NCBI GenBank assembly: GCA_051599415.1
Contig: AP039692.1
Coordinates: 310,001 to 374,000 of the forward strand
Direction: 5' to 3'
Source: Savitreella phatthalungensis
Taxonomy: Eukaryota
Length of the DNA stretch: 64,000 nucleotides
This document shows positions 19,570 to 30,217 of this stretch, in pieces. A program made the position numbers and the translations under genes. The notes below the pieces were generated by a model that was not told the DNA's origin, did no database searches, and saw only the letters and a list, made by a program, of their open reading frames with translations. Each line of letters begins with the position of its first letter. The first letter of the stretch is position 1.

Positions 19570-22086
19570 CTATGCAGCGGTAGGCCGTGACTTGACCCCA
19601 GTATCGCTGCGGCGCGACGTCGGTCGATCTGTGATGCGATTGGGGTTTCCTGATGCTGGCCCCAGTGGTGTACGCTTTGATGCGAGGTAGAGAGTGTTGA
19701 GCTTGTGGACGCGAGAGGCCATGGAGCGGAGACAGCGTTCGTCGATGATGACGCCATCGATCCCGGTATCGGTCTCGGCGTATAGAGTCGCGTGGACGGT
19801 CTCGGCAAACTCGCGCAGCTTCAGTGACTCGTGCACGAGGACTGCAGCGTCGTCAGCCACGCGGTGTGCATCGTGTGCGAGCGTGTGAGCGAGATCGCGC
19901 TCTGCAGTGTGCAGGCGCCGGACGAGGTTCGGGACAGCTGTCGCGAGGTCCGCGTCGTATGGCAGCGCGAGCTGGATTAGTAGATTCTTGCACAGGTTCC
20001 CGCGAGCTTTGTGGCCGAGGGCGTCGATGCGCGACAGGTGTAGGGTCTCGAATGTCCTCGAGACACCGCGGGCGCAGTCGTAGTCGGGCATGCTCGTCGC
20101 CGCTATTTCACGCACGCCGGGCTCTTCATGGATCGCATGTGTTCGCAGTGTAGCGTTCTCAGCAGTCAATCGAGCAACCTGGTCGCGCAATTGCCGGACC
20201 TCCTCGGTGTGATCGATTGCGACTTTCTCCTCGAGTACGACGGACGGAGCAGCAGACGCACTGTCCTGAGGCGCGAGCGTGTCCTCAGGCGGACCAGAAG
20301 CAGCGCCGTCCTGCCACCGTGTCATCTTGTCTTGCAGACTCTCCTCCGCGTGCGAGTCGATACCTGCTGTCATCTCGTGGACAGAAGGCTGAGCGGCGCG
20401 GGTGTCATCGATGTCGTGGTACACTGGTACTGGGGGCGTGGCGTCTGGGGTAGCCATGGCTCGCGCGTGATTGAGCTTTAGGGCTTCGAATGCATCGATC
20501 ATTTGGCGACGATGAGAGTCCTCCTCCTCGCGATCCCGCAGCACTGCCTCGAATCGATCGCGGAGCGCAGCCATCTCAGCCTCGTGTCCGCGGAGGCGCG
20601 CCTCCAGCTCGACAGCCGTTGCCTGGGCAGCAGCCAATTCAGCTTTTAGCTGCCCCTGCCGAAGCGATGCACGTGACGTCTCCGCTTCAGCAGCACGCTC
20701 CAGCCCGTCGATCACATCGCCGCGTCGGCTGCATTCGTCCTGGACGGCTTGTAGAGCAGTCAGGAGGGTTTCCTCGTCCTTGGTCTTGGATGGCTGATCG
20801 CGTCGTGTAGTGTGGGTGCTGTCGTTGTACAGCTCAGCGTGCTGGGAGATCAGCGGAGATCCTGGCTTGACAGGGTCACCGACTGCCGTCACCGGCGGGA
20901 CGATGTTCAGTCGAGAGGAGGCAGAAGCCACGTGGCTGCCAGAGGCGATGCGTTGCGCCTTGCCGAGCGGCGTCCGCAGCAGAGGGTTTCGACCAAGCGA
21001 CTGACGGTAGCGCGTCACGATTGCGTCCTCGATCGGTGTCTGACTGGGCAGACTGTTTGCTCCGGTAGTCGGTCTAGCTCCTCGGCCGGACTCAGATGCT
21101 GTTGCGAGGGCATTTGATATCGCTTGCTGCAGTGACGTCGCCTGTGAGTCGGCCCGAGAGACATCTGACGCAGGTCGTACGCCGATGTCACTACTCGGCC
21201 GCATTTCCTTTGCTGGTGATTCCGTTGGAAGTGATCCAAGACTGTGGTCACGCGGACCAGCCCGATACATGCTCGGTGAGGCGACATGCAGCGATCCTGC
21301 TGTGTCATTGATGGCCCGTTCTGCAGGGCGCATGGATAAGTCCTCCTTCGCGGTCCAGTATGGTTGCTGTGTCCGCCTAGCTGTATCTGTCCTGCGGATT
21401 GATGGCGTCTCGTCCATCGGGGTGTTAGTCCCATAGGACACCTCGTCATCCTGATGCTCTTGAACCATACGCACGCGCCTCATTATCGTCGTATCCTCTG
21501 GAAGTGGCTCAGTTGCAGATATGCGCGCCTTGAGCGGTGTCTCATCGATATCAGAGAGGTCACGCAGAGATAAATGTCCTGCAGTGCCAGGTGGGTGTCT
21601 ATGCCACGCCGGCGATCTGCTACGCTGCTCTGGCGATGCTGACCGGATACTTACTCCAGGTGTCATGTGAGTATGTGGTAGAGGTGCAGATATGCTCCTC
21701 TCGATTTGTCCGAACTCTGTACGCGGACTAGACGCAGCCTGCGGCGAACCCATCCGAGCAGACGCGTCTCCGTTGACTCCGGGGCCTGCAGCGACATTTG
21801 GTGCAGAGACATCGCGCATGATCGCAGGGTCAGATTGTTGATGAGATGGTGTTCTGTACTGATCCAGCATTCTTGCGAGTCTGCGCATGTTGTCCATATG
21901 GTTGTGATTAGTGTTGCCATTGTCCCCTTGGGTGTCTGTGTTGTCCTGAAGCATCGCCTTATGTAATTCTAGGCGCGTCTGACTTGTGATATCTGCAGCA
22001 GCATGCGTACCAGCTGTAGGATGATTCAAGGACATGTATGAGTCCTTTGCCCACTTATAATCTGTCGATACGGTCTCGTCTGCCAT
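19570..22086 (-). CDS. Coiled-coil spindle-pole-body scaffold with a C-terminal SID-like domain (Sid4-like)
   Basis: 838 aa with a disordered N-half and coiled coils. The C-terminus LHLSRIDAL..NLCKNLLIQLALPY..FAETVHATLY..RCLRSM resembles, from recall, the Sid4/Cnm67 SID domain. Confidence 0.6.
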   Translation of the reverse strand: MADETVSTDYKWAKDSYMSLNHPTAGTHAAADITSQTRLELHKAMLQDNTDTQGDNGNTNHNHMDNMRRLARMLDQYRTPSHQQSDPAIMRDVSAPNVAAGPGVNGDASARMGSPQAASSPRTEFGQIERSISAPLPHTHMTPGVSIRSASPEQRSRSPAWHRHPPGTAGHLSLRDLSDIDETPLKARISATEPLPEDTTIMRRVRMVQEHQDDEVSYGTNTPMDETPSIRRTDTARRTQQPYWTAKEDLSMRPAERAINDTAGSLHVASPSMYRAGPRDHSLGSLPTESPAKEMRPSSDIGVRPASDVSRADSQATSLQQAISNALATASESGRGARPTTGANSLPSQTPIEDAIVTRYRQSLGRNPLLRTPLGKAQRIASGSHVASASSRLNIVPPVTAVGDPVKPGSPLISQHAELYNDSTHTTRRDQPSKTKDEETLLTALQAVQDECSRRGDVIDGLERAAEAETSRASLRQGQLKAELAAAQATAVELEARLRGHEAEMAALRDRFEAVLRDREEEDSHRRQMIDAFEALKLNHARAMATPDATPPVPVYHDIDDTRAAQPSVHEMTAGIDSHAEESLQDKMTRWQDGAASGPPEDTLAPQDSASAAPSVVLEEKVAIDHTEEVRQLRDQVARLTAENATLRTHAIHEEPGVREIAATSMPDYDCARGVSRTFETLHLSRIDALGHKARGNLCKNLLIQLALPYDADLATAVPNLVRRLHTAERDLAHTLAHDAHRVADDAAVLVHESLKLREFAETVHATLYAETDTGIDGVIIDERCLRSMASRVHKLNTLYLASKRTPLGPASGNPNRITDRPTSRRSDTGVKSRPTAA

Positions 22087-22547
22087 GACTTAGAGTGATG
22101 AGCAAGGTCAATAATAAGAGATGCAGCGACTGTCTAAGCACTCTTAGCAAGCTTGCTACGATTCCGTGACTCCCAGGAGACCAATCGCAGCACAAGTACG
22201 TATTACTGGAGTCCTGCAGAACTGATATAGACGTTGTGTATGAGGTTGTAGATGTCAGGGATCGTCTCTGAGGTGGGTGTCAATGTGTTGTTGTGGTTGA
22301 TGTTGTGTGTGTTTGTTCACGTGTTAAAAGATTGATGAGTGAAAAAGTGCATCTTCAAAACAAACTTTCTCGGATGCACAAATTCAGTTGAGAAAAAGTC
22401 ACAAATCAGAAATGCACGCACTGAACTGCAACGGTTACACCGACAACTACCAGGATATCCAGGGCAATACTTATATACACTCTAGGCGCAATAGACTTCA
22501 TCTCAGCGTTCACGGACTCATAAGTGACGTGACGAGGATACTTGGCT

Positions 22548-24692
22548 ATGTCGGCGCTCGCAAGTCTGCTGCCTGCGCCGAAGTACAAGACAAAGCAGCG
22601 CAAAAGCAGATGGGATGACTCTCCAGAGCGTGATGCACTCTCGAATGAAAGCGCCTTTGGAGCTACAGCAGATGCCAGCACTGCTGAGTCAAGTAAAAAT
22701 AGTGGCACGACTGTCACACGCGCTATTGGAACACAGGCGCCTGAATATGGACGCCGTCGAAATTGGCGACCAAGCTCAGATGACGTATTTGGCGATGGCG
22801 GTGCATATCCCGAGGTGCCAATAGCGCAGTATCCTCGCGGCATGGGTCGCGAGTCTCAGACACAACAACAAAGTGGAAAGTCGCTTGCACTGCAGCTCAC
22901 GAATAGCGGCAAGGTCGACTACAGCGTTATTGCTCGCCAGGGCCAATCAGAAGACAAGATCATCCATTCTAGCTACAAGGATCTGATTCCACTTCGAAGC
23001 AGAGCGGATGCAGGAGAGATAAGTCTGGAAAAGCCAAGTGAGGAAGAAGTGCAGGAGACAGCCGAGCGCACAGGAGCGGCCTTGCAACGACTCGTGCAAG
23101 GACAATTGGCCGCAGAGCGACCGAAGACACTGGCAGGAAGAGCACAGAATCGAAATGCTCCTACATATGTCAAATACACTCCGGCTGCTGGTCAGATGGG
23201 TGACCCTGACTCGCCTCGGGAAGCACGGATGATTAAGATGGTCGAAATGCCGGTCGACCCAATGGAGCCACCGAAGCACAGACATCGCAAAGTGCCCCGT
23301 GGGCCTGGCTCACCCCCGCCTCCAATTATGCACTCGCCTCCGCGCAAGATTACGGTCGAAGAGAAAGCAGACTGGATCATTCCTCCAGCCATTTCGAACT
23401 GGAAAAATCCACACGGCTACACAGTGCCACTGGACAAGCGGCTAGCCGCGTCTGGCCGCGGCGCTGAGCTTGAGGATACGCGTGTCAACGACAGATTTGC
23501 CCAGCTCAGCGAGGCCTTATTCGTTGCCGAGAAGCAGGCGAGGGAGGAAGTGCATACGCGGAATCTGATGAAGCAGCAACTTGCAGACAAAGAGCGAGAC
23601 GAGAAAGAGGAGCGATTAAGGGAACTGGCGCAACGTGCTCGGCACAACAGAGCTCAACTCTATGACTCCCCACCGCCTCCAGTGCGCGGACGTCCACGCT
23701 CGACAACGCCGCCTGCAGCGTATCGCGGAATGGCCTCAGCAATTCGCTCGCCTTCACCGAAACGATCATTCCGAAGCCCCACACCTGAACGTCGGCGGCA
23801 GAGATCGCCACAGCGATCTAGGCGAGACTCGCGCAGGCGAGATTCCTATATCGATGAAGACGACGATCGATCGCGCAGACGTCGACGAAGTCCATCAACC
23901 TCCCGCTCACGATCTCGTTCGCCACCACCACGTCGTCGTGCGAGACGATCGAGCTACGACGATCAATCAGAAGACTCTGAGGACGACCGGGAGGCTGCAC
24001 GTGCTCGCGATCGGATTCGCAGGGAGCGTGTGGCTGAAGCTGAGCGAGCGATGCGGATGAGCAGGATGAAGCGCGACAGGTATGATCGCGACCGTGACCG
24101 TGATATCTCGGAACGCGTCGCGCTAGGCAAGTCTGCGACCGATCCGGCTGACGGCTCAAAGGAGACACAATTCGACCAGCGTCTGTTCAACCGCGCGGCA
24201 GGCGTACCAGGTCTCGGTCAGGGTGACGACACTTTCAGTCTGTACGACAAGCCTCTATTTGCGAATCGCGATGCAGCACAAGCAATTTATGCACCGTTCA
24301 AAGGTGCCCGAGGTGGCGCCGGTCTTGGTGCTGGAGGCGCGGATGAGGAGACCGTGGAGAGTGTGACTCGCGGTGGCAGATTCGAAGCCCTTGGACAAGC
24401 AAGTCACGGATTCAAGGGGCCGAACGACTCTGCAGCACTACCACAGCGCGATGGACCAGTCCAATTCGAGCGTGACGAGACAATTGATCGCCCAGACAAC
24501 GCAGCAGCGTATGAGGCAGACCGCGCACGAGAAAGGGACATCGCAAGCGTCAATGATCTCGTCGATCAGGTCAGTCGCGAGACGGCTGCAGCAGCCGCAG
24601 CTGCCACCAAGTCTCAGCAAGAGAAGACGCGGAAGCAGCAGCAGCAGAGTACCAGTCGCTGGCACAGAGGAGATGACTATCACGCATCATAG
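22548..24692 (+). CDS. PRP45: Spliceosome component Prp45/SKIP (SNW domain)
   Basis: FGDGGAYPEVPIAQYP, DPMEPPK, IPPAISNWKNPHGYTVPLDKRL and DQRLFN. ATG at 22548. Confidence 0.96.
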   Translation: MSALASLLPAPKYKTKQRKSRWDDSPERDALSNESAFGATADASTAESSKNSGTTVTRAIGTQAPEYGRRRNWRPSSDDVFGDGGAYPEVPIAQYPRGMGRESQTQQQSGKSLALQLTNSGKVDYSVIARQGQSEDKIIHSSYKDLIPLRSRADAGEISLEKPSEEEVQETAERTGAALQRLVQGQLAAERPKTLAGRAQNRNAPTYVKYTPAAGQMGDPDSPREARMIKMVEMPVDPMEPPKHRHRKVPRGPGSPPPPIMHSPPRKITVEEKADWIIPPAISNWKNPHGYTVPLDKRLAASGRGAELEDTRVNDRFAQLSEALFVAEKQAREEVHTRNLMKQQLADKERDEKEERLRELAQRARHNRAQLYDSPPPPVRGRPRSTTPPAAYRGMASAIRSPSPKRSFRSPTPERRRQRSPQRSRRDSRRRDSYIDEDDDRSRRRRRSPSTSRSRSRSPPPRRRARRSSYDDQSEDSEDDREAARARDRIRRERVAEAERAMRMSRMKRDRYDRDRDRDISERVALGKSATDPADGSKETQFDQRLFNRAAGVPGLGQGDDTFSLYDKPLFANRDAAQAIYAPFKGARGGAGLGAGGADEETVESVTRGGRFEALGQASHGFKGPNDSAALPQRDGPVQFERDETIDRPDNAAAYEADRARERDIASVNDLVDQVSRETAAAAAAATKSQQEKTRKQQQQSTSRWHRGDDYHAS

Positions 24693-24724
24693 GCACTTGG
24701 AGCATGTATATTAAAATGATGACG

Positions 24725-24814
24725 ATGACAATGACAATGACAATGACAATGACAATGACAATGACAATGACAATGACAATGACAATGACAATGACAATGA
24801 CAATGACAATGACA
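24725..24814. repeat. Perfect (ATGACA)15 hexanucleotide microsatellite
   Basis: 15 exact copies starting 32 nt after the PRP45 stop codon. Confidence 0.97.
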
Positions 24815-25122
24815 ACTATCGTGGCACTGGAGATTATAGCGCCGGGTTTTAAAGGTAGATGCGGCCGTGTCAACGTTGTCAACGGTACGTGGCTCCCCAT
24901 ATCTCTGTGTCTGTGAGACTAATTCTTGTCCACACAATCCGAGTCACGTGAAGGTGCAGCGGCACGTTAAAAAAAGATGCATGATCGAGACTGAGGAAGA
25001 CAAAAGGACACAAAGACACAGAGTCCCGAGTCAGTCGTTGAGGCTATTGTGCACACAGACTAAGGTCACCTTGACACTTACTAAAAGGTCAGAAAATCAT
25101 TGAATCAGGCGGCTAGCTGGAA

Positions 25123-25821
25123 ATGTTTGGTCTCCTGCCGCGTACAGCCCTGAGAGGGTCGCTCAAAGCAACATCAGTCTCTTATGCTATTTCCCCATTC
25201 CTGTCTTCACGATGCAGGTTACAGGCGCCCCTTCAGCACTCGCTTGCAAACTCCATCAGACCTTTCACGGCCGCCGGAGCCCTGCGAAACGACGTCAAGT
25301 CTGGTGATCCCACACCAAAGCTCACAACCTCCACAGCACCAGACTCACAACCTAAGCAACCCGCTGGCAACGAAGAAGGGTACGATCTCCTCCAATCACT
25401 GATCGAGACTGCTGGTGCACCACGATCGTCGTCGGCTCGTGGCGGAGGTCGGTCTGGTGGGTTTGGATCTCGGTCAGGTGGACTTGAGTCCGGTGGTGCT
25501 GGTGTAAGTCTGTCGTCGACTGGGAGTTATGAGCGTGGACCGTTTGCAAAGTACGGTGGTCGGACAGTGCAGGTGGTGAGCAGCGCTGCTGAGAACGGGG
25601 TTGGGAATGATACGAGCGAGGCGGATTTTGCAGCGGCTGTGAGGAGATTGAACAGTATCGTCAAAGCGAATGGCGTCCAGCGCGATTTCAGGGCACAGAA
25701 GTTCTACGAGAAGCCCCACGATACACGAGTCAGACTCAACTCACAGAGACACAGGAGACGCTTCCTTGCGGGCGTCAAGCGGCTCGTTCGTCTTGTCAAG
25801 GAACAGCGCAAGTACATGTAA
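25123..25821 (+). CDS. MRP21: Mitochondrial ribosomal protein bS21m
   Basis: Arg/Ser/Leu-rich presequence. C-terminal S21 domain RRLNSIVKAN..QKFYEKP..RVRLNSQRHRRRF. Confidence 0.85.
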   Translation: MFGLLPRTALRGSLKATSVSYAISPFLSSRCRLQAPLQHSLANSIRPFTAAGALRNDVKSGDPTPKLTTSTAPDSQPKQPAGNEEGYDLLQSLIETAGAPRSSSARGGGRSGGFGSRSGGLESGGAGVSLSSTGSYERGPFAKYGGRTVQVVSSAAENGVGNDTSEADFAAAVRRLNSIVKANGVQRDFRAQKFYEKPHDTRVRLNSQRHRRRFLAGVKRLVRLVKEQRKYM

Positions 25822-25970
25822 TGTGGTCAAGCAGCTTCGGTCCTCACGCGTTGAAAAACAATCAGTCAGATACCCTCAAACGGACATGAGCATGGTCTAG
25901 TGATGCCTCGGCTCGATGAGCCGAAGGACTACGAACGCTATTAATGGAAAAGAGTTCGGAGAACGGGCGA

Positions 25971-28550
25971 CTAGTGAAGAGGAACTCTGGCGGCGGGACC
26001 ACTGAGAGCGAGCGTGCGCCTGCGGATGCCGGTGGTCGAGTTGAGACCGATTGACTCGAGGTACGGCTTCTCTGAAATTTCCCTGCCGAGGACGTTTTGG
26101 ATCAAGGTTGGGAATGGGATGGACGCTCCCTTTGACAGGAGTCGCTTGACGTAGACCTGGCCTGCTGAGGCGTCGAATAGCTTGCCGACGGGCGCAGGAT
26201 CCTGCTTGGATCCATCCGAGTTGACGTTTCGCGTAATCCAGGCATCGACCTCTTCCTGCTTTGGCGCAAACAGGCTGTAGAAGATATCCTTGGATGCGAC
26301 TCTGGACCACTGGTAGCTGTAGTATGCAGCATCGTAACCGCTGACCGGGTGCTGGAACGCTGATACTCCAGGCAGTTCGACCATCTTGCCATTCTCGTCC
26401 AGGAACGTAAGGTTGAACATTGTCTTCCTCAGATCGTTCCAGAAGTCGACCACACGAGCGCTCGCGTTCAAGCTTGGCCACTCCGCCGCCAGCTCCTGAG
26501 ATGCTTCCTTCGGCGCCGTCTGACTCATGAAATCGACAGTTGAGTGGATGAGCTGATCGTAGAGGCCGAGGTACACTTGACGCAGTTCCAGGTAGGCTTT
26601 ATCGTTGTGGAGACTGAGGATGTAGTGAGCAATCAAGTCGTCAGGCATCGGCTTGCCTGTCGTGTTGTCCTTGGACACGCGCTGGATCACGGCCGGCTGA
26701 TCTGCAAAGGACTCAAGCATCTGAGAAGGCATCTCGACAGAGTCGCGAGACAGTGAGAAACTGTCGAAGTATGACAGCTTGCACTCGTTCAGTAGGAAAG
26801 CAATGCTGTGGCCAATCTCGTGGAAGAGCGTGCTGAGGTCGTTGATCTGGAGAGTAGGCCTGCCAGGCTGGACGAGCATCTTGACTAGAACGCTACCGTA
26901 GCGACGTTCTCCACTGGTCAGGTTCGTAGAGGGAATCTGGAGGGATGAGGTCTCCTCGTTGGAAGCAGCACCCGTGCGAGCGAAAAGGTCCAGGTAAAAC
27001 CATCCAACAAAAGAGCCGTTGACGTGCCAGACTGCATATTGTCGAACGAGCGGATCCCATACCTTCTTGTCGTCTCCGGCGACTTCGACGTATTTGATGC
27101 TGAAGACGTCCTCTACGACCTGTAGAACGGCAGAGATGGTGTAGTCGATAGGGAAGTACTGCGAGAGGGATTCGATGTTGATTTGTTGGGTCACGTTGTC
27201 GTTGACCTGCATGTAATATTGCAAGTCGAAGCCGTTGAACGGCAGCTTGTCTGCATCCTTGTCAGCCGCCTTGAGCTTCGCAAGACCATCCAGGTCATTG
27301 TGGGAAAAAGGTGTGAGGGCTGCACGCAGCTTAGTGAGGAAGTTCATAACGGTGGTCAAGTTGCCTGCTGTCTCATCCTTCAGCACGTAATCGGCATAGG
27401 TGTCGTACTTGAGCAACTTGGCGAGCGCACGCTTGTCTGCGGTCTGTTCGGCCTCAAGTTCTGGGTTTCCGTTACAGACATTTGTGTCGACTGTGATGAG
27501 ATCACGTCGAACCTCGATCTTTTTCAAGAAGGTCTCGATTCTGTTGGAGGTGTCGTCGAGGAAGCCAATGCCGTATTCGACGCCATTCGGCCCCTGTCGA
27601 GTCTGCAGGTTTGCGTAAAGGGTCTCAGGGACACCTTCGAGGTCTGCCTTGCTAATCCAGTAGATTGTCTGGTCATTGTCGAGGCATTCAACAAACTTGT
27701 TGCCGAGCTCCGTGATGTTAGACGATAACTCACCGTACTGCTCTGAGTCGGCATCGCTGAGACTGTTTTCTGGGGATGCATAGGTCTTGACCATGGACTC
27801 CAGGTAGAGCTTGATTTCATCATCCTTTACGTCGGCGTGTTTACCTTCAATGTACTTTTTCGATACATCACCGATGCGCTTGTTGAGCTCCGGCTCTGTG
27901 CTGTAATTGAAGTATCGATCATACGCAGCCTTGCTGGCGTCCGTGACCTTCTTGTCGGCCGAAAGGTAGCCGATTGCCCAGACAGGTTGAAGATAGAAAT
28001 CTCCGAAGACGCCTTCTTCGAGCTGCGGAGCGATGATGTTGTCCCAAGTCGCAGTCTCATCGCTGATGTCTCCGAGCGACTCATCGATAGCCTTGAGTTG
28101 CTCTAGAGCAATTGTCACCAACTCGTCGTACTTCTCAGGGGCCATCGTGTAGTCAAAGGCCGGCTGCGGTGGGACTTTGAAGGGAACAGCACTGACGGCC
28201 GGCTGGTAGAGGGCATTGGGAGGGATCGTGTGGCTTGTGCGCAGGGTAGAGCTCGGCGATGCAGTCAGTGACGCTTTCGAGGCTGGTTGAGACGGTTTGC
28301 CGGATGCTGCAGCACCGGCATCAGCCGAGGAGGTCGGACCAGTCGCGTGACTGATTGGACCTGAAGACGCTAAGACCGAAGCAGACGAATGGAGTGATGC
28401 TGCCGGCCTGGAGCTAAGCGCCGCCGGACTGGTAGGGGTTACGCCGGCACTAAGTGCAGGGGTGGAAGGTGACTTTGAGTCGACTGATGTAACAGCAGCC
28501 GCAGCGACGGCCGCGGCGACCAGCGTGCAAGTAGAGAGCGTGTGCAGCAT
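25971..28550 (-). CDS. M3A (thimet-oligopeptidase-like) zinc metallopeptidase with signal peptide and Ser/Thr/Ala-rich linker
   Basis: FYLDLFAR, LFHEIGH zinc motif, VEMPSQMLE and GYDAAYYSYQWS. Hydrophobic N-terminus. Confidence 0.9.
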   Translation of the reverse strand: MLHTLSTCTLVAAAVAAAAVTSVDSKSPSTPALSAGVTPTSPAALSSRPAASLHSSASVLASSGPISHATGPTSSADAGAAASGKPSQPASKASLTASPSSTLRTSHTIPPNALYQPAVSAVPFKVPPQPAFDYTMAPEKYDELVTIALEQLKAIDESLGDISDETATWDNIIAPQLEEGVFGDFYLQPVWAIGYLSADKKVTDASKAAYDRYFNYSTEPELNKRIGDVSKKYIEGKHADVKDDEIKLYLESMVKTYASPENSLSDADSEQYGELSSNITELGNKFVECLDNDQTIYWISKADLEGVPETLYANLQTRQGPNGVEYGIGFLDDTSNRIETFLKKIEVRRDLITVDTNVCNGNPELEAEQTADKRALAKLLKYDTYADYVLKDETAGNLTTVMNFLTKLRAALTPFSHNDLDGLAKLKAADKDADKLPFNGFDLQYYMQVNDNVTQQINIESLSQYFPIDYTISAVLQVVEDVFSIKYVEVAGDDKKVWDPLVRQYAVWHVNGSFVGWFYLDLFARTGAASNEETSSLQIPSTNLTSGERRYGSVLVKMLVQPGRPTLQINDLSTLFHEIGHSIAFLLNECKLSYFDSFSLSRDSVEMPSQMLESFADQPAVIQRVSKDNTTGKPMPDDLIAHYILSLHNDKAYLELRQVYLGLYDQLIHSTVDFMSQTAPKEASQELAAEWPSLNASARVVDFWNDLRKTMFNLTFLDENGKMVELPGVSAFQHPVSGYDAAYYSYQWSRVASKDIFYSLFAPKQEEVDAWITRNVNSDGSKQDPAPVGKLFDASAGQVYVKRLLSKGASIPFPTLIQNVLGREISEKPYLESIGLNSTTGIRRRTLALSGPAARVPLH

Positions 28551-28903
28551 GAGTAGAATCCTCGGTGGCTGTCGGATTTCATGAAGTGGGGAAATCTTCT
28601 AGCTTTATAGAGACTCCGGTAGCCTATTGACGAGTCCGGAGGGCCGGGTCAAATTTGTCGCCAGGTCCGGCCATACCACATGATTGAGGAGGAACGCGAG
28701 GATGTAACGTGCAGATCACGCCGCTATTAGCTGTTTCACCATCATTGACAATCGAGTAGCTGAGTGATCTTACACACATGTCGAAATGATTTTGCTTCGC
28801 ATGAGGTCCTCGCATGTCAGATTCCATAGCACATGAATGATCTATTTGCCGTGAAAGCTTGAGTATCGAGGTATGTTTCGGTCCGAATGCCAGCAGATCT
28901 GAA

Positions 28904-30217
28904 TCATGTAGAGAGCAGAATGCGCAGCATCGCGTCGTCCTTTTGCGACATAACGTGATCCCCAAGTAACTTCCCCAGACGACTTTCGAGTATGTTGCGA
29001 ATTTGCTCGTCGGATTTCCCGTCGAGCGGATCTGGTAGTCCTTGTGGCAATTCGTCAGAGTCCTTGATTGACGCGACAGCACGTTTCAAGGCCTCGAAGC
29101 AGCGCTCGGCTTCCGCGCGTGTTGTGCCGGGCTTGTCATCTGATAGCGCAGGTCGCAGAATGAGTTCATACACTTTGGCATTTGGCAGCACGAGTATCCG
29201 AACCACCTCTGTCCCCAACTGCGTCAGTCCAACAATGGCACCGTAATGCGTTGTGAAAGGTTTTTTGTTGTCCAGGTAGGCCTTGAGCAAAGTTTTCGTG
29301 ACACGAGGCTTGAGAGTAGTATATGTCTGACCGAAACGGTCACACATTGAGCCGAGGATGGATGCAGCAAAGTTTCGAAGACGTGATGCGTCGCTGCCTT
29401 GCGAACCTAGACGTTTGGCGACTACACACGTCAGGATAGATGGTACGAGTTGATGGACGTACGGCTCGATGAAAATGTTGCGGTTGTCTAGCAGGGCGGA
29501 TGCCATCTGCATAACCATGTCGAGCACAAATAGGTCATTGAGATTGTGCGTCACCTTTTCTGCAATATATTGGACAAAGTAGGGCAGCAGCTGGTGTAGA
29601 CCGGGGTCATGTCTCAGCGACGCAATCGCTGCAGAACGAAGCACGTCGTTCTCTTGGTCGAGGACAGCTTTCGTGATGCGCTCAAAGTACAAGAGTAGCT
29701 CTTTGGATAGCGCGTGCTTGATGAGCGGTTTGACTTCTGGCTCAGGCAGATCTCCTGAGCCGGAATGCTTTTGTGTAAAATCGTGAGCAGGTGTTGGATT
29801 TTGGGGAATTGCTGGCTGGACACCTTCAATCGCAAGCCAGTGAGCCGTGTAGGAGACATCGCGGGGCACTTTCGGCAATGGAGCATTGATGATCTTCTCG
29901 AACTCGATTTCCTCGTCTTCGACATAATAGAGCGGTGGCTGACCAGGTGCTAATGGAGCTTCGTGCCACTGCACCGGATTATTGGCTGCGAATCCGTAGA
30001 GCGGCTCAACATTGAGCACGCGCAGGGCGTGATCGATATCTGCTGTGCGCATAGTCGTACGCTTTGAATGCCGCATGAACTTTTGAGCCTCAAGGATGAT
30101 TGCATGCAGCCTGTACTCGACATCCTGAGCAACGACCTGTGCAACATCCTGGCTGAAGTTCGGGATACCAAGCGCTTCCGCAGCATCCCTAACAGAATCG
30201 GCGTTGTAAACACTCAT
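28904..30217 (-). CDS. TAF6: TFIID/SAGA subunit Taf6
   Basis: Histone fold (DVEYRL..EAQKFMRHSKR..DIDHALRVLNVEPLYG), HWLAIEGVQPAIPQNP and DPGLHQLLPYF. ATG at 30217. Confidence 0.96.
   Translation of the reverse strand: MSVYNADSVRDAAEALGIPNFSQDVAQVVAQDVEYRLHAIILEAQKFMRHSKRTTMRTADIDHALRVLNVEPLYGFAANNPVQWHEAPLAPGQPPLYYVEDEEIEFEKIINAPLPKVPRDVSYTAHWLAIEGVQPAIPQNPTPAHDFTQKHSGSGDLPEPEVKPLIKHALSKELLLYFERITKAVLDQENDVLRSAAIASLRHDPGLHQLLPYFVQYIAEKVTHNLNDLFVLDMVMQMASALLDNRNIFIEPYVHQLVPSILTCVVAKRLGSQGSDASRLRNFAASILGSMCDRFGQTYTTLKPRVTKTLLKAYLDNKKPFTTHYGAIVGLTQLGTEVVRILVLPNAKVYELILRPALSDDKPGTTRAEAERCFEALKRAVASIKDSDELPQGLPDPLDGKSDEQIRNILESRLGKLLGDHVMSQKDDAMLRILLST

Noticed and set aside
24571..24937. Poly-(VI), poly-(CH) and poly-(MT) ORFs
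   Set aside because: They are translations of the (ATGACA)15 microsatellite.
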